Assembly: GCA_951406725.2 (NCBI GenBank) | Contig: OX597820.1 | Location: 79,608,001-79,672,000 of the forward strand | DNA: 64,000 nucleotides | From: Octopus vulgaris | Taxonomy: Eukaryota | Direction: 5' to 3' | Shown here: in pieces, positions 25,415-37,823 of the stretch | How positions within the stretch are numbered: position 1 is the first letter of the stretch | How the letters are laid out: each line of letters opens with the position of its first letter | Translations under genes and position numbers: made by a program | Notes under the pieces: generated by a model | The model's input: only the letters and a program-made list of their open reading frames with translations | Database searches by the model: none | What the model was told of the DNA's origin: nothing

Positions 25415-25800
25415 TTATTTGGTTTCAGTCATTTGACTGCTGCCATGCTGGAGCACTGCCTTTAATCAAACAAATCTACCCCAGGACTTATTCTTTGTAA
25501 GCCTAGTACTTATTCTATCAGTCTCTTTTGCCGAACCGCTAAGTTACAGGGATGTAAACATACCAACATCAGTGGGGGAACAAATACAGACACACAAACA
25601 TATACATACATACCTACACACACACACACACACACACACAACAGGATCTTTAAGTTTCTGTCTACCAAATCCACTCACAAGGCACTGGCTGGCCCGAGAC
25701 TATAGTAGAGGACACTTGCCCAAGGTGTCACACAGTGGGACTGAACTTGGAACTATGTGGTTGGTAAGCAAGCTACTTACCACACAGCCATGCCTGCATC
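25415..25800 (-). mobile_element. Family A SINE, near full length with internal (CA)n
   Basis: Head, core, microsatellite and CCAGCATGG tail collinear with the copy at 36201-36612. Confidence 0.85.
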
Positions 25801-26079
25801 TATTTAATGTTTGATATTCTTCACTGCAGTGTGAAGAGAATGGCAAAAGACACTTAACAATATTTTAACTGGTTTACAGTTTACCTTGAGAAGAAAAGGA
25901 CAACTTTAGCATTCGAAATCTTTTAATTGTTTCAGTCATTAGACTGTGGCCATGCTGGGGCACTGCCTTGAAGGGTTTTAGTCAAACAAATTGATTCTAA
26001 TTACTATTTTGTAAGTGTAGTGCTTATTCTATCAGTCTTTTTTGGTCAACTTTCATTCTTAAATGTGTGTGTGTACGCA

Positions 26080-26165
26080 TATCTATCTACCCATTTATCC
26101 ACCTACTTACCTATCTATCTGTCTGTCTGTGTATCTGTCTGTCTGTTTGTCTGTCTATATATCTG

Positions 26166-26228
<63 letters not shown>

Positions 26229-26289
26229 CTATATATATCTATCGATCTATCTATGTATCTATATATCTGTTTGTCTGTCTATCTATCTG

Positions 26290-26356
<67 letters not shown>

Positions 26357-26495
26357 CTCTATATATCTATCGATCTATCTATGTATCTATATATGTTTGT
26401 CTATCTGTCTGTCTGTCTGTCTGTCTATCAATCTATCAGTCTGTCTATCTTTCTATCTATCTATCTATCAGTTGATCTGTCTGTCTGTCCACCTG
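26080..26495. repeat. (TCTA/TCTG)n compound microsatellite
   Basis: Directly visible. Confidence 0.95.
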
Positions 26496-27903
26496 TGTGT
26501 GTATGTATGTAGGTGTGTGCATCTGTATATCCAGCTGTTTTACAAACAGTGTTGGTTTGTTTACATCCCCCAAAGCTTAGCAGGTCCAGGTATAAGAGAC
26601 TGGCAAAATACATACCACACTTTGAAAAATAAGTAATCTACAGATTGGCAGAATCTTAAGAGGACAAAATACCTTGCAGTACTCCCTCCAGTTTTTACAT
26701 TCTGGGCTCAAATCTCAGTGAAATAAACATTACCCTTTGGGAGTCAATGAAATAAAGTACTAGACAAGTACTGAGATCAATATTTGTTTATTAACAATCA
26801 TCCCCCAAATTTCAGGCCTTGTAACTATGTTAGAAACAATTATTCTGGCAATGTGGTGGAGGCTAAGTTTCACTGAAGAGGTCTAATAAAATTGAAACAT
26901 ACCCAGAGTTATCTCTATTTGCTGATAATGTTAAAATGATATTACTTCTTGGTGCAGGGATGGCTGTGTGGTTAGGAAGCTTGCTTTCTAGCCATGTGGT
27001 TTTGGATTCAGTTTTCTGCATAGCACTTGGGTAAACATCTTCTGCTTTAGCGTTTGGCTAACCAAAGATTTGCAAGTGAACTTGGTAAGCAAAAACTGAA
27101 AAAAAACCCATCATGTGTGTGTGTTCTTCTATTCTTTTATTTATTTCATTTGTTTGACTGCGGTCATGCTGGAGCACTGCCTTTAGTCGAACAAATCGAT
27201 CCCAGGACATATTCTTTGTAAGTTTAGTACTTATTCTATTGGTCCCTTTTGCCGAACTGCTAAGTTACGGGGATGTGAACACACCAACATCGGTTGTCAA
27301 GCGATGATGGGGGGGACAAACACAGACACACAAACATATACATACATACATACGTACATACATACATAATCAAAATAAGCAACAGGATATCATGGGATAT
27401 TGAGTTATATGGTGAATTAAATTGCATTGCATATGTTATAAGTTATATGTTATGGTATGTGGTGTGCTGTATATAATTACTATCTCATGAAAACTCCTGC
27501 CGAGTTAGTCTGAGTTCATCATATTTTTGGTGATTAAACAATTTTTTTCCTTTGTATGATGTTCTACCCTACTGATTATATTATGTGTATTTGTAATGGC
27601 TTTTATGTAAGTAATTCTCCTAATTATATACCTCCTAGAAACTATAAAATCATATATGCAATAGTATCTGTAACATTGCAACTTATAAAATCTCTTTGGT
27701 CTGAATACCTCTAAATGCCCTCACTATGCCCATACCTACTACCTCCTCTTTTCAGGTTACCTTTATCTCTTCCCTACCTCAATTTTAATACCCTATCTCT
27801 TTAAATGTTGGTTATACATATTTCTTATTATTTTCTGTAAATTCTTCTTATTTTTTTTTACTTTGATATCCTTACCTATTAACCTCTTATCTCTATATCT
27901 CTA

Positions 27904-28267
27904 TCTCTATATATATAAACGTTAAAATGTCTGTGTGTGTGTCCTTTATACAAATCCACAATTTTTCAGTTAGAGGGCTCGCACTTTCTATGGTCATTCA
28001 AAACCGCCCAAGGATGATCGTGCACATCTTTACATTTCCCCAGTCACCCGGCAAATCCATTAAAAAATCAATAGGAGTGACTTTTTTGTGAATTTTCTAT
28101 CCAAAACCCAATCAAAATGCCTGAAACTTGATACGCCAATTGAATGCCAGCTAGCTGTATGTGATTGGTCGGAGATTTGGATAGTACTCGCGTGTATGTG
28201 CGCACACACGCAGCTGTATATGCATGCACTAGCACTATGACCCGACATTGCCGGGTCATGGTGCTAG
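27904..28267 (+). mobile_element. Non-autonomous Helitron
   Basis: A|TCTCTATATATATAAACG start; 3' hairpin GACCCG..CGGGTC followed by CTAG|T. Confidence 0.75.
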
Positions 28268-29143
28268 TCCATTATAAGTTGTTACTGTTCATCAATAGAG
28301 ATTTTTCAGCTACTTAGGTCTTTGCGAGATGGTTATACTATATCCATATAAACATATAAATATTTGTGTATATGTATATGTGCATGTGTGCACATAGATA
28401 AATGTGTGTGTAACTGTACACATCTCTATTCTTTCTGATTCTTGGCTTATAATTAATATATAGATAGCATGTTTAACTTTCCAGTTATTCCATAAGTAAA
28501 TGCCCTGAGCAGTCTTTATAGAAACTACCTAATAAGTAATTAATTAAGTACATAAACAAATATTAAATTGATTCTATGTAATCTTTCATTTTTAATGTTG
28601 ATAATTGGTATATACACACACATTTTACCTATTTTGGTTATGATATCATTTTTGATAATCTTAAATTTTATTTTTATACAACATAATATTGTTTTTAAAC
28701 AATCACCCATAGTACTCCATTTTCTCTGTATTGACATCATAGGTTTTATTAGCGTCTTGCCCCTTTAACTGGTAATTAACGTCAGGATTTAGAGTCTTCC
28801 CTTACCAGGCCTTCTTTTATAGACAGTTACTCTATATTTAATTTACTGCTCCTAATGTCTTGACAATATTTATGACCATACCTAGCTGTCAACTCAATCT
28901 TGCCCTTCATTCTAAACAGACACAGTCAGCTAGTAGTTGATAAAAAGACAAATAAATTAGAAATGAACCACAATCCTTTACAAGCTATGACCCCAGTGGA
29001 CTTCATGCCTTTCTTGGAAGTGTAGTCTATCCTTAACTACAATAGTGACAACATGGATTTCTTCCATCTTCTTGCTCTGTTACAGTATTTGAGAAAAATT
29101 ATATTAATGTGTCCAACCGATTAAAATTCTATTTATTTGTTAA

Positions 29144-29364
29144 CCCTTTAGTGTTCGCATTATTCTGCCAAAATTAATGCTTCTTCATCCACATTGTTTT
29201 GAATTAATCATGCATTATCTTGTAGCTATGAGATTTTGATGAGGTAGCTGTTAATTTTTAAAACGATATTGTAGGACTGGTGTGAGAGACCAGATATGGA
29301 CAGTTTGAACATAAAACAGGTAGAATACTTTTGGCCGGATATGGCCAGTTTAAATGCTAAAGGG
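29144..29364. mobile_element. piggyBac-like MITE
   Basis: TTAA|CCCTTTAG ... CTAAAGGG|TTAA; related copies at about 50133-50626 (interrupted) and 59699-59919. Confidence 0.8.
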
Positions 29365-30792
29365 TTAAGCTGATGATAGCTCTGCATTTAAATTGATGTA
29401 ATGATTGTATTGTTCAATTAAATGGAGCCACTTGAAATGGTTGTACTGCATCACCTCTTGATATCCTGTTATTTATTTTGATTTTATTCACCTTACTATG
29501 AGCTGTGCGGATAATACCGGACTGACTTGGTGCTTCAACTTAAGTACCTAATTCAACTGAATCTCAATTATATGTATATATATATATATATATATGATAG
29601 ACTTCTTTCAGTTTCCATTTACCAAATCCACTCACAAGGCTGTGGTCAGCCTAAGGCTATAGTAGAAGACACTTGACCCTGTATATATATATATATATAT
29701 ATAGGCACAGGAGCTGTGCGGTAAGCAGCTTGCTTCCTAACCACATGGTTTGGTGTGGCACCTTGGGCAAGTGTCTTCTACTAGAGCCTTAGGCGACCAA
29801 AGCCTTGAGTAGATTTGGTAGACAGAAACTGAAAGAAGCCCATTGTGTATATATATAATCATCATCATCATTGTTTAATGTCCGCTTTCCATTCTAGCAT
29901 GGGTTGGACGATTTGACTGAGAAGTGGCGAACCAGATGGCTGCACTAGGCTCCAGTCTTGATCTAGCAGAGTTTCTACAGCTGGATGCCCTTCCTAATGC
30001 GAATATATATATACATATATATATGTGTGTGTGTATGTATGTATTTGCATGTGTGTGTTTGTTCCTGCCACCATTGCTTGACAACCAATGTTGGTGTGTT
30101 TACATCCTTGTAACTTAGCAGTTTGGCAAAGGAGACCAATAGAATAAGTACTAGGCTTGCAAAGAATAAGTCCTGGGGTCAATTTGCTCAACTAAAAGCA
30201 GTGCTCCAGCATGGCTACAGTCAAATGACTGAAACAAGTAAAAGAGTAAAAGAGAGAACCCATGCCAGCATGGAAAATGGATGTTAATCAATGATGATGA
30301 TGCTAATGCTGATAATATATTGGTCCTTGTTGAGTATAATCATCATCATTGTTTAACGTCCGCTTTCCATGCTAGCATGGGTTGGATGATTTGACTGAGG
30401 ACTGGCGAACCAAATGGCTGCACCAGGCTCCAATCTTGATCTGGCAAGATAGGGTATTTCCAGAGAGCACTCACCCTAAATTCTGAGCTATCAAAACTAC
30501 CAGATTCCAAACTATCACTGAAATTCTTTAAGTGAAGAACATCCTGGTTTCATGATGGTAACATCGTTGTGTGGGTGTGGAAAAGACTAAACTATTTTCC
30601 AATTAATAAGACAAAGACATTCTTTAACACATCTTTAATGATTCATTACAATTGTCTCTGTAGCAACTCTGCTTGCAACGCCAGTTTACTTAAAAAATCA
30701 AAGTAAAAATTTATGTAATGTTTGCAGTTTTAGACATTAGAGTGGCACTTCATTAGATTTGCATCAAAGATGTGCTGTCATATATTATTTGG

Positions 30793-30795
<3 letters not shown>

Positions 30796-30853
<58 letters not shown>

Positions 30854-30872
30854 CACATATATATATACATAC

Positions 30873-30927
<55 letters not shown>

Positions 30928-30930
30928 TAT

Positions 30931-30997
<67 letters not shown>

Positions 30998-31020
30998 TGT
31001 ATGTGTGTGTGTGTGTGTGC
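30796..31020. repeat. (TA)n/(TG)n microsatellite
   Basis: Directly visible. Confidence 0.95.
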
Positions 31021-31139
31021 ATGCTCTTGTCTAGACATCGTGAGATGGTTGTAAATGAGAATCATTGTTATACAAGCAGTGTTGTTTGTTTCCATTCTTC
31101 CCTGTCTGGCCATGGGGAAACAGTACCTTGCTTGGAAAC

Positions 31140-31573
31140 CAGGACTGTGGAGTTGAAACGAAAAACTTCAACTCCAACTTAACTAGTCTTTCCAGTACTC
31201 AACAGGTATATATATCAGTATATATATGTATGTACACACACACACACACACAATACTGATTTTTAAGACATAGACAGGATGCTTGACAAATTTACAAAGG
31301 GTGGTGGAAATGGGTAAGTCACGACATCTGTTTCCAGAGCATTATTGGTGTACGGAAGCATAGATCGACTCTGACTCCTCTTTATGTAAGTGATTGATTG
31401 TGGTCTACATATCTCATAAAGCATAAGAATACACTTGTACTTTGAGTAGGCCTTTATGTTATAACTGGTTTATATGAAAGAATAAAGATAGTGTGAATCA
31501 GAGTCGGTGTAGTTTTATCGACTCTGACTCCAGCTACCCCTTAATTTTTTCCAACTCTGACTCCACTGTCCTG
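31140..31573. mobile_element. hAT-like non-autonomous element with GGAGTC-type subterminal repeats, inserted in a SINE
   Basis: TIRs CAGGACTGTGGAG / CTCCACTGTCCTG; 8-bp TSD TTGGAAAC (31132-31139, 31574-31581). Confidence 0.75.
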
Positions 31574-31739
31574 TTGGAAACGGTGAGGGTTGGTGACAGG
31601 AAAGGCATTTTGATGTATTAATTGAAAATCTTTGCCTCAACAAATTCCACCTGACCCATGCAAACATGGAGAAGTGGATGTTAAATGATAATGATGGTGT
31701 CTGCTATTTTCTCTCCGCACATAATTATTCCCATTCAGA

Positions 31740-32035
31740 TTCCCATGACTTCAGGAAACATTTTTTCACGCTGAGAGTTGCTGAAGCATGGAACAAACTG
31801 CCGGCATCAGTTGTTAGTTGTCGGAGCACTGCATCCTTCAAAACTTCCATGCTTCCTGAGATTCGCCAACACTACACTTGATTTTCTCCCCTCCATACAC
31901 ACACAAGCATGTATCTGACTCATACATTGTTCGCTTTCCAGACTTTTCTACATTACTGCATGTACTTTATATGCACTTTCTGACAAGTTGTGGTGCACCT
32001 GAGCACTGTATACAATAATTTCATTATTATAATTA
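31740..32035 (+). mobile_element. CR1-clade LINE 3' end
   Basis: SHDFRKHFFTLRVAEAWNKLPASVV...SFK; same family at 58850-59100 (-). Confidence 0.85.
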
Positions 32036-32413
32036 TTATATATTAACACTTAACACAACTCAGTAGTCACAGTTGGAAGTCAAGCTCATGAATAAATGAG
32101 TTTAACTTGGCACATCACACTGATAACGCACTCATGAATTTTACTACACTCCCACTATTTACAGCATTGAAGTATACCACTCTACCACTATACGTTGAGT
32201 GTTACTCATCTTGATCTCATCTACAACACTATGTTCGTGACAGGATACAAAACCCCTGACCTTTCAGCCAGTTGTCCAATACCCTCTGGCTTGGTGATCT
32301 ATGCTTTCATACACCAATAATAATCTGGAAATAGATTTGTCATAATTTACCCATCTCCACCACCCTTCTTTGTAAATTTGTCAAGCATCCTGTCTATGTC
32401 TTAAAAATCAGTA

Positions 32414-32456
<43 letters not shown>

Positions 32457-33402
32457 CATGTGTGTGTATATATATGTATACCTGTTGGGGACTGGAAAGA
32501 CGGGTTCAGTTTGACTGGTGAGTGATTATCTCTGCAAATCTGTTGGATGGACTTGGTGAAAGAAATAGATTTCTGATTGGCTTGATTGTGGTACAGATTT
32601 TTTTTTATACCTTTATTTTTAATTGCAGGTATTACCAGTTAACACACTGCTATAACAGCAGCAGCAATAGCAACAATAACAATAATAATGATAACAATAA
32701 GCAAAGATAAATTATTTTCTGATAGTCAAAGTAGTAGAGTACTGCATTAAGTGTCTAATTGCATGTAATCATCTTCATCATCTTCATCATCATCATTTTC
32801 ATCATCATCATCATCATCATCATTGTCATTGTCATCTTCATCATTAGCACCACCATTATCTTCATCATCCTCATCATCATCATTTTAACTTACAATTTTC
32901 TATGCTAGCATGGGTTGGACTGGATTTGTTGAGGCACATTTTCTATGGCAGAGTTGCCCTTCCTGTTGCCAGCTCTAGCTGGTTTTCAAGCAAGGTTACA
33001 TTTTCATCTTCCCATGACCAAACACTGCTTGCAAGATGGTAACATTTCTTTACAACTGTCATGGCAAGGAGATAAGCAAAACACACACACACACAACTTC
33101 CCCCCCCACACACACACATGAAAATGTGTTTCAACACTGTTTCTACTAATTCTATTCACAATAGTGCCATGCCTCTGCTGGTGCCATGCACAAAGCACCC
33201 ACATCATGCAGATGGCCTTGTGTCAAAATTTGAAACTATTGCTGGCAGAATTGTTAACATGCTGGGCAAAATGCTTAGCAGCAATTCTGCTGGGGTCGAC
33301 TTTGCTTTTCATCTCTTCAGGGTCGATAAATAAAGTACCAGTTGATGAAATGGACTAGTCCCCTCCCCACAAATTTCAGGCCTTGTGCCTTCAGTAGAAG
33401 AG

Positions 33403-33455
<53 letters not shown>

Positions 33456-33783
33456 GGTGGTGGTGGTAGTGGTTGCAACTGGAATGCTTTTCGTCATAGG
33501 GCTGTTGATTAGGGCTGACCTGTAGCTAAAGAACAACAGGAGTACAGAATTAAACTGGACAGAGTTGCTGTCTCATTTCTGAACTGAGATACTGTACCCG
33601 AAATGATTAGCCAGAATATGTTGGGGTATGCAGCACAGCTCTCAGTTAAACAAAATGACCATTTAGCTGGAGTGACGAGTCTGGATCACAGCTAATCACT
33701 TGACCAAATTGCCTTCAAGCTATATGCCTGGTCAACCAAGTTCCACCTGGGGTTTATACAACAGCAACAACATTAACTAAATG

Positions 33784-34244
33784 TACATTATTTACATTTG
33801 ACAGATATTTGTCCTCATCTTGTTTGTTGTTAACACAACATTTCGGCTGATATACCCTCCAGCCTTCATCAGGTGTCTTGGGGAAATTTCGAACCTGGGT
33901 TCTCATTCCTAAGGTATTTTTCAATGTTATTATTATTATCATTATTCTGGTCACGGGCTTATGGCGTAGTGGTTAAGAGCGCAGGCTACTAATCCCAAGA
34001 TTCCGAGTTCAATTCCAGGCAGTCACCTGAATAATAATAATAATGATAATAATAATAATGACATTGAAAAATACTTTAGGAAAGAGAACCCAGGTTTGAA
34101 ATTTCCCCAAGACATCTGATGAAGGTTGGAGGGTATATCAGCCGAAATGTTGTGTTAACAACAAACAAGATGAGGACAAATATCTGTCAAATGTAAATAA
34201 TGTAAATAATGTACATAATTCCTCATCTCTTAAATATAGAACTG
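33784..34244 (+). mobile_element. Fold-back tRNA-headed short retroelement with hammerhead motif (candidate Penelope-dependent SINE), copy 2
   Basis: Inverted arm 33784-33954, tRNA-like head 33955-34029 (A box TGGCGTAGTGG, B box GAGTTCAATTCC), (AAT)n, body with hammerhead; TSD TAACTAAATG (33774-33783, 34248-34257). Confidence 0.8.
34111..34156 (+). ncRNA. Minimal type I hammerhead ribozyme motif; antisense copy at 33832-33877
   Basis: GACAT-CTGATGA-A-GGTTG-(loop)-CAGCC-GAAA-TG-TT-GTGTT; differences from copy 1 are CpG-type transitions or G-U compatible. Confidence 0.65.
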
Positions 34245-34877
34245 TAATAACTAAATGATTTGTTTTTTTTTAAATGTGTATTCATTAAATTACTTAGTCA
34301 TAACATAAATCCTTTGGTAAAGCTCTTAATCCTACTTTTTTGAGACAATACAACCCTATAATCACATCCATCTATGCTACCTTATGCTACCTGAGACATA
34401 ACTAACTGCTAGTTTAATAAACTATATCTGTTTTGTTTGTTAAAAGCTAAGCACAATACTTAATGCTTCAAAGACAGACAGAAAAGGAGATATCAAAGAG
34501 AGTGAATGGAGGAGAAAAGCATTATATATTTTCTTTATTTTGTTTTTTTTTCTCCTTTGTTATAATTGTTAAAAAAATTCAGTCAAGTCCATTGAATGTC
34601 TTGCACTTTAGATATTTAACAAGCTTCAGTCTGGCTGGTGAGGGGAATCTTATTGTATGCACACTTCTCCATACATTGATTCATTGTATGACACACATAG
34701 GGGCAATTAGAGCATGTTACATTCTTCTTGCAATGAAGACTCATGGCTCAGTGGTTAGGGATTCAGCTCATGAGCTTAAGGTCATGAGGTCAATTTCTGG
34801 TGGGGCATTGTGTCCTTGTGCAAGACACTTTATTTCACATTGCTCAGTCCATTCAGCTAGCAAAAGTGAGTAGATGT

Positions 34878-35290
34878 AGGAGTGGCGTGGTAAGTAGCTT
34901 GCTTATGAACCACATGGTTCCAGGTTCAGTTCCACTGCGTGGCACCTTGGGCAAGTGTCTTCTACTATAGCCTTGGGCCGACCAAAGCCTTGTGAGTGGA
35001 TTTGGTAGACAGAAACTGAAAGAAGCCTGTTGTATGTATATATATATATATGTATGTGTGTGTATATGTTTGTGTGTCTGTGTTTGCCCCCCCCCCCAAC
35101 ATCGCTTGACAAATGATGCTGGTGTGTTTATGTCCCTGTAACTTAGCGGTTCAGCAAAAGAGACTGATAGATTAAGTACTAGGCTTACAAAGAATAAGTC
35201 CTGGGGTCGATTTGCTTGACTAAAGGCGGTGCTCCAGCATGGCCACAGTCAAATGACTGAAACAAGTAAAAGAATAAAAAGAGAAAAGAG
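34878..35290 (+). mobile_element. Full-length family A SINE nested in an older tRNA-SINE (about 34735-35470)
   Basis: Head, core, (TA/TG)n, tail GGTGCTCCAGCATGGCCACAGTCAAATGACTGAAACAAGTAAAAGA. Confidence 0.85.
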
Positions 35291-35862
35291 TACCTGTATT
35301 TCAAAGGGCCAGCCTTGTCATATTCTGTATCATGCTGAATCTCCCTGGGAACTACATTAAGGATGCACATGCCTTTGGAGTGCTCAGCCACTTGCACATT
35401 AATTTCATGAGCAGGCTGTTCCATTGATTGAATGATCTGGAACACTTATCATAAACGATGGAGTCCCAGTACACTCTTCTCGGTGCTTGAAGGATTTAGT
35501 GGGGTTCACATCAAAGAAGTAATTCTTCCCCTCCTTGGAACTTTCCAGGAAGTAATTCCTCCCCTCCTCTCCCTCTTCTTCCTTGGAACTTTACATTGGT
35601 CTACTGCTAGTCTCATGACTTGAACGTAACCTAAAATAGCTAAGATAATGCACAGGATGGCGAGCGTGCACACCTCAAGTGATAAAGCACACGATAGCGA
35701 ATGTAAACATATGTCAGTCACTAAAAAGTCTGTGATAGGTGTAGGGCAGCTCTACATTGTATATTTACATTAACCGTGGGTAGGCAAGCAAAAGTGTGAT
35801 TGCATATTTGCATCAACCGTTTTCAAGGGGTTAAAGATATAGGTAATGGTATCAATTAGATC

Positions 35863-36192
35863 ACTAGTTTCTAACTGGGCTCCATATAAGAATTGGCAAG
35901 GGATGGGGTGTTCTACAAAAGCAAAATAGCACATTGGATCCTTAGTAATATTTTATGGGCCCATGAAACATTTTTGCTTTAGATGTATTTATCACAAGAA
36001 ACAGCTATGTGTTTTTTCTCTGATGTTTTACGTAGTTCAGCCAACACAAAGGAATGTGTGATAAACTAAATAAGAATTTTGAAAGAAGTATCTATAAAAC
36101 TAGTTTCTAAGCATTGATTGGCCATGGGCATCCACCAAAATGAAATGATAATCAAAGCAGTCCATAGGTGAAAAAATGGTTAAGAACCACTG
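35863..36192. mobile_element. hAT/Charlie-like MITE
   Basis: Termini resembling CAGTGGTTCTCAAC (right end GGTTAAGAACCACTG); related relics at about 39670-39920 and 58445-58795. Confidence 0.5.
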
Positions 36193-36200
36193 AATTAGAT

Positions 36201-36612
36201 TCTTTTACTCTTTTACTTGTTTCAGTCATTTGACTGCGGCCATGCTGGAGCATCGCCTTTAATCGAGCAACTCGACCCCGGGACTTATTCTTTTGTAAGC
36301 CCAGTACTATCGGTCTCTTTTGTCGAACCGCTAAGTAACGGGGACATAAACACACCAGCATCGGTTGTCAAGCAATGCTAGGGGGACAAACACAGACACA
36401 CAAACACACACACGCATATATATATATATATATACATATATATACATACGACAAGCTTCTTTCAGTTTCCGTCTACCAAATCCACTCACAAGGCTTTGGT
36501 CGGCCCGAGGCTATAGTAGAAGACACTTGCCCAAGGTGCCACGCAGTGGGACTGAACCCAGAACCATGTGGTTGGTAAACAAGCTACTTACCACACAGCC
36601 ACTCCTGTGCCT
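36201..36612 (-). mobile_element. Full-length, young family A SINE
   Basis: CpGs largely intact; head, core, microsatellite and tail; same structure at 46725-47170. Confidence 0.9.
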
Positions 36613-37823
36613 ATATGACTAATTTCCTCAAGGAGGTGCTCCAGCTTGGCCGCAGTCCAGTGTCTGAAACAAGTAAAAGTAAGCAAAAATTAATCAGACT
36701 GATTTTATCTTCCTCTTTTTCCCCATCTCTATAACTGATACGACCACCACCTTTGAGTAATACTTTTTCTCTTCAGATATTGCAAGAAGAAAAAAGAAAC
36801 AAAGTGAAAATTTACTTGTGAAAAATTGAAAACTATAATTCTTGGAAAAGATATCTCTGTTGAGGAACCACAGAAAGGCTCTCTCTCATTGGCATGTACA
36901 GTGCTAGCATGGCTTACAATCCTGATTTGTATGTACCCTGTTATGGTACTTATCTAGACCCAGCAGGTAGTGAAGAGAGAAGTGTCATTACTTGCTATGG
37001 ATGCAACAAAATGTTGATCATGGCACTCTGTCGGTTATGACGACGAGGGTTCCAGTTGATCCGATCAATGGAACAGCCCACTTATGAAATTAATGTGCAA
37101 GTGCAAGTGGCTGAGCATTCCACAGACACGTGTACCCTTAACTTAGTTCTTGGGGAGATTCAGCATGACACAGAGGTGTGACAAGGCTGGCCCTTTGAAA
37201 TACAGGTTCAACAGAAACAGGAAGAAAGAGTGAGAGAAAGTTGAGGTGAAAGAGTACAGCAGGGTTCACTACCATCCCCTGTCAGAGCCTCGTGGAGCTT
37301 TAGGTGTTTTCGCTCAATAAACACTCACAATGTACGGTCTGGGGATCGAAACCATGATCCTATGACTGCAAGTCCACTGCTCTAACCACTGGGCCATTTT
37401 GCCTTCACATAAAAATGCTGATAATAGAATAGGAACAGCCAACCAATTGATGGCTAGTTGTTGCTTGTTCAATACTTTTGTTATTCAATGCTTTTAAAGT
37501 CATAAAATGTTTCTTTTGTTTATTTATTAGATGGAGTAGTATAATAAATAGAGTCAATCGATTGACCTTTTGTGATTAGAAGTATCCATGTATCTATAAT
37601 AATAATAATAATCTTTTTCTTTACTACCCAGAAGAGGTTAAACACAGTGGGGACAAACAAGGACAGACAAACGGATCAAGTCGATTACATCGACCCCAGT
37701 GCATTAAAATAATAATAATAATTGATTTCAAAGACTGGGAGAAAGGGATGGGAGTGAGGTTGTGGTATTCTTACTTTATTTAAGGGAATTAAAAGTGTAA
37801 GTGAAATAGTTTTAACTGGAAAT

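Noticed and set aside
30475-30545. Minus-strand exon ending AGG|GTGAGT
   Set aside because: No good acceptor and an upstream in-frame stop; unsupported.
33955-34029. Functional tRNA gene
   Set aside because: A and B boxes are present, but acceptor and T stems pair poorly and no terminator follows; treated as a SINE head.
36776-36900. + strand coding exon after a TTTTCTCTTCAG acceptor
   Set aside because: Stops in all three frames; similar isolated acceptors at about 25314 and 43872 could not be joined into an ORF.
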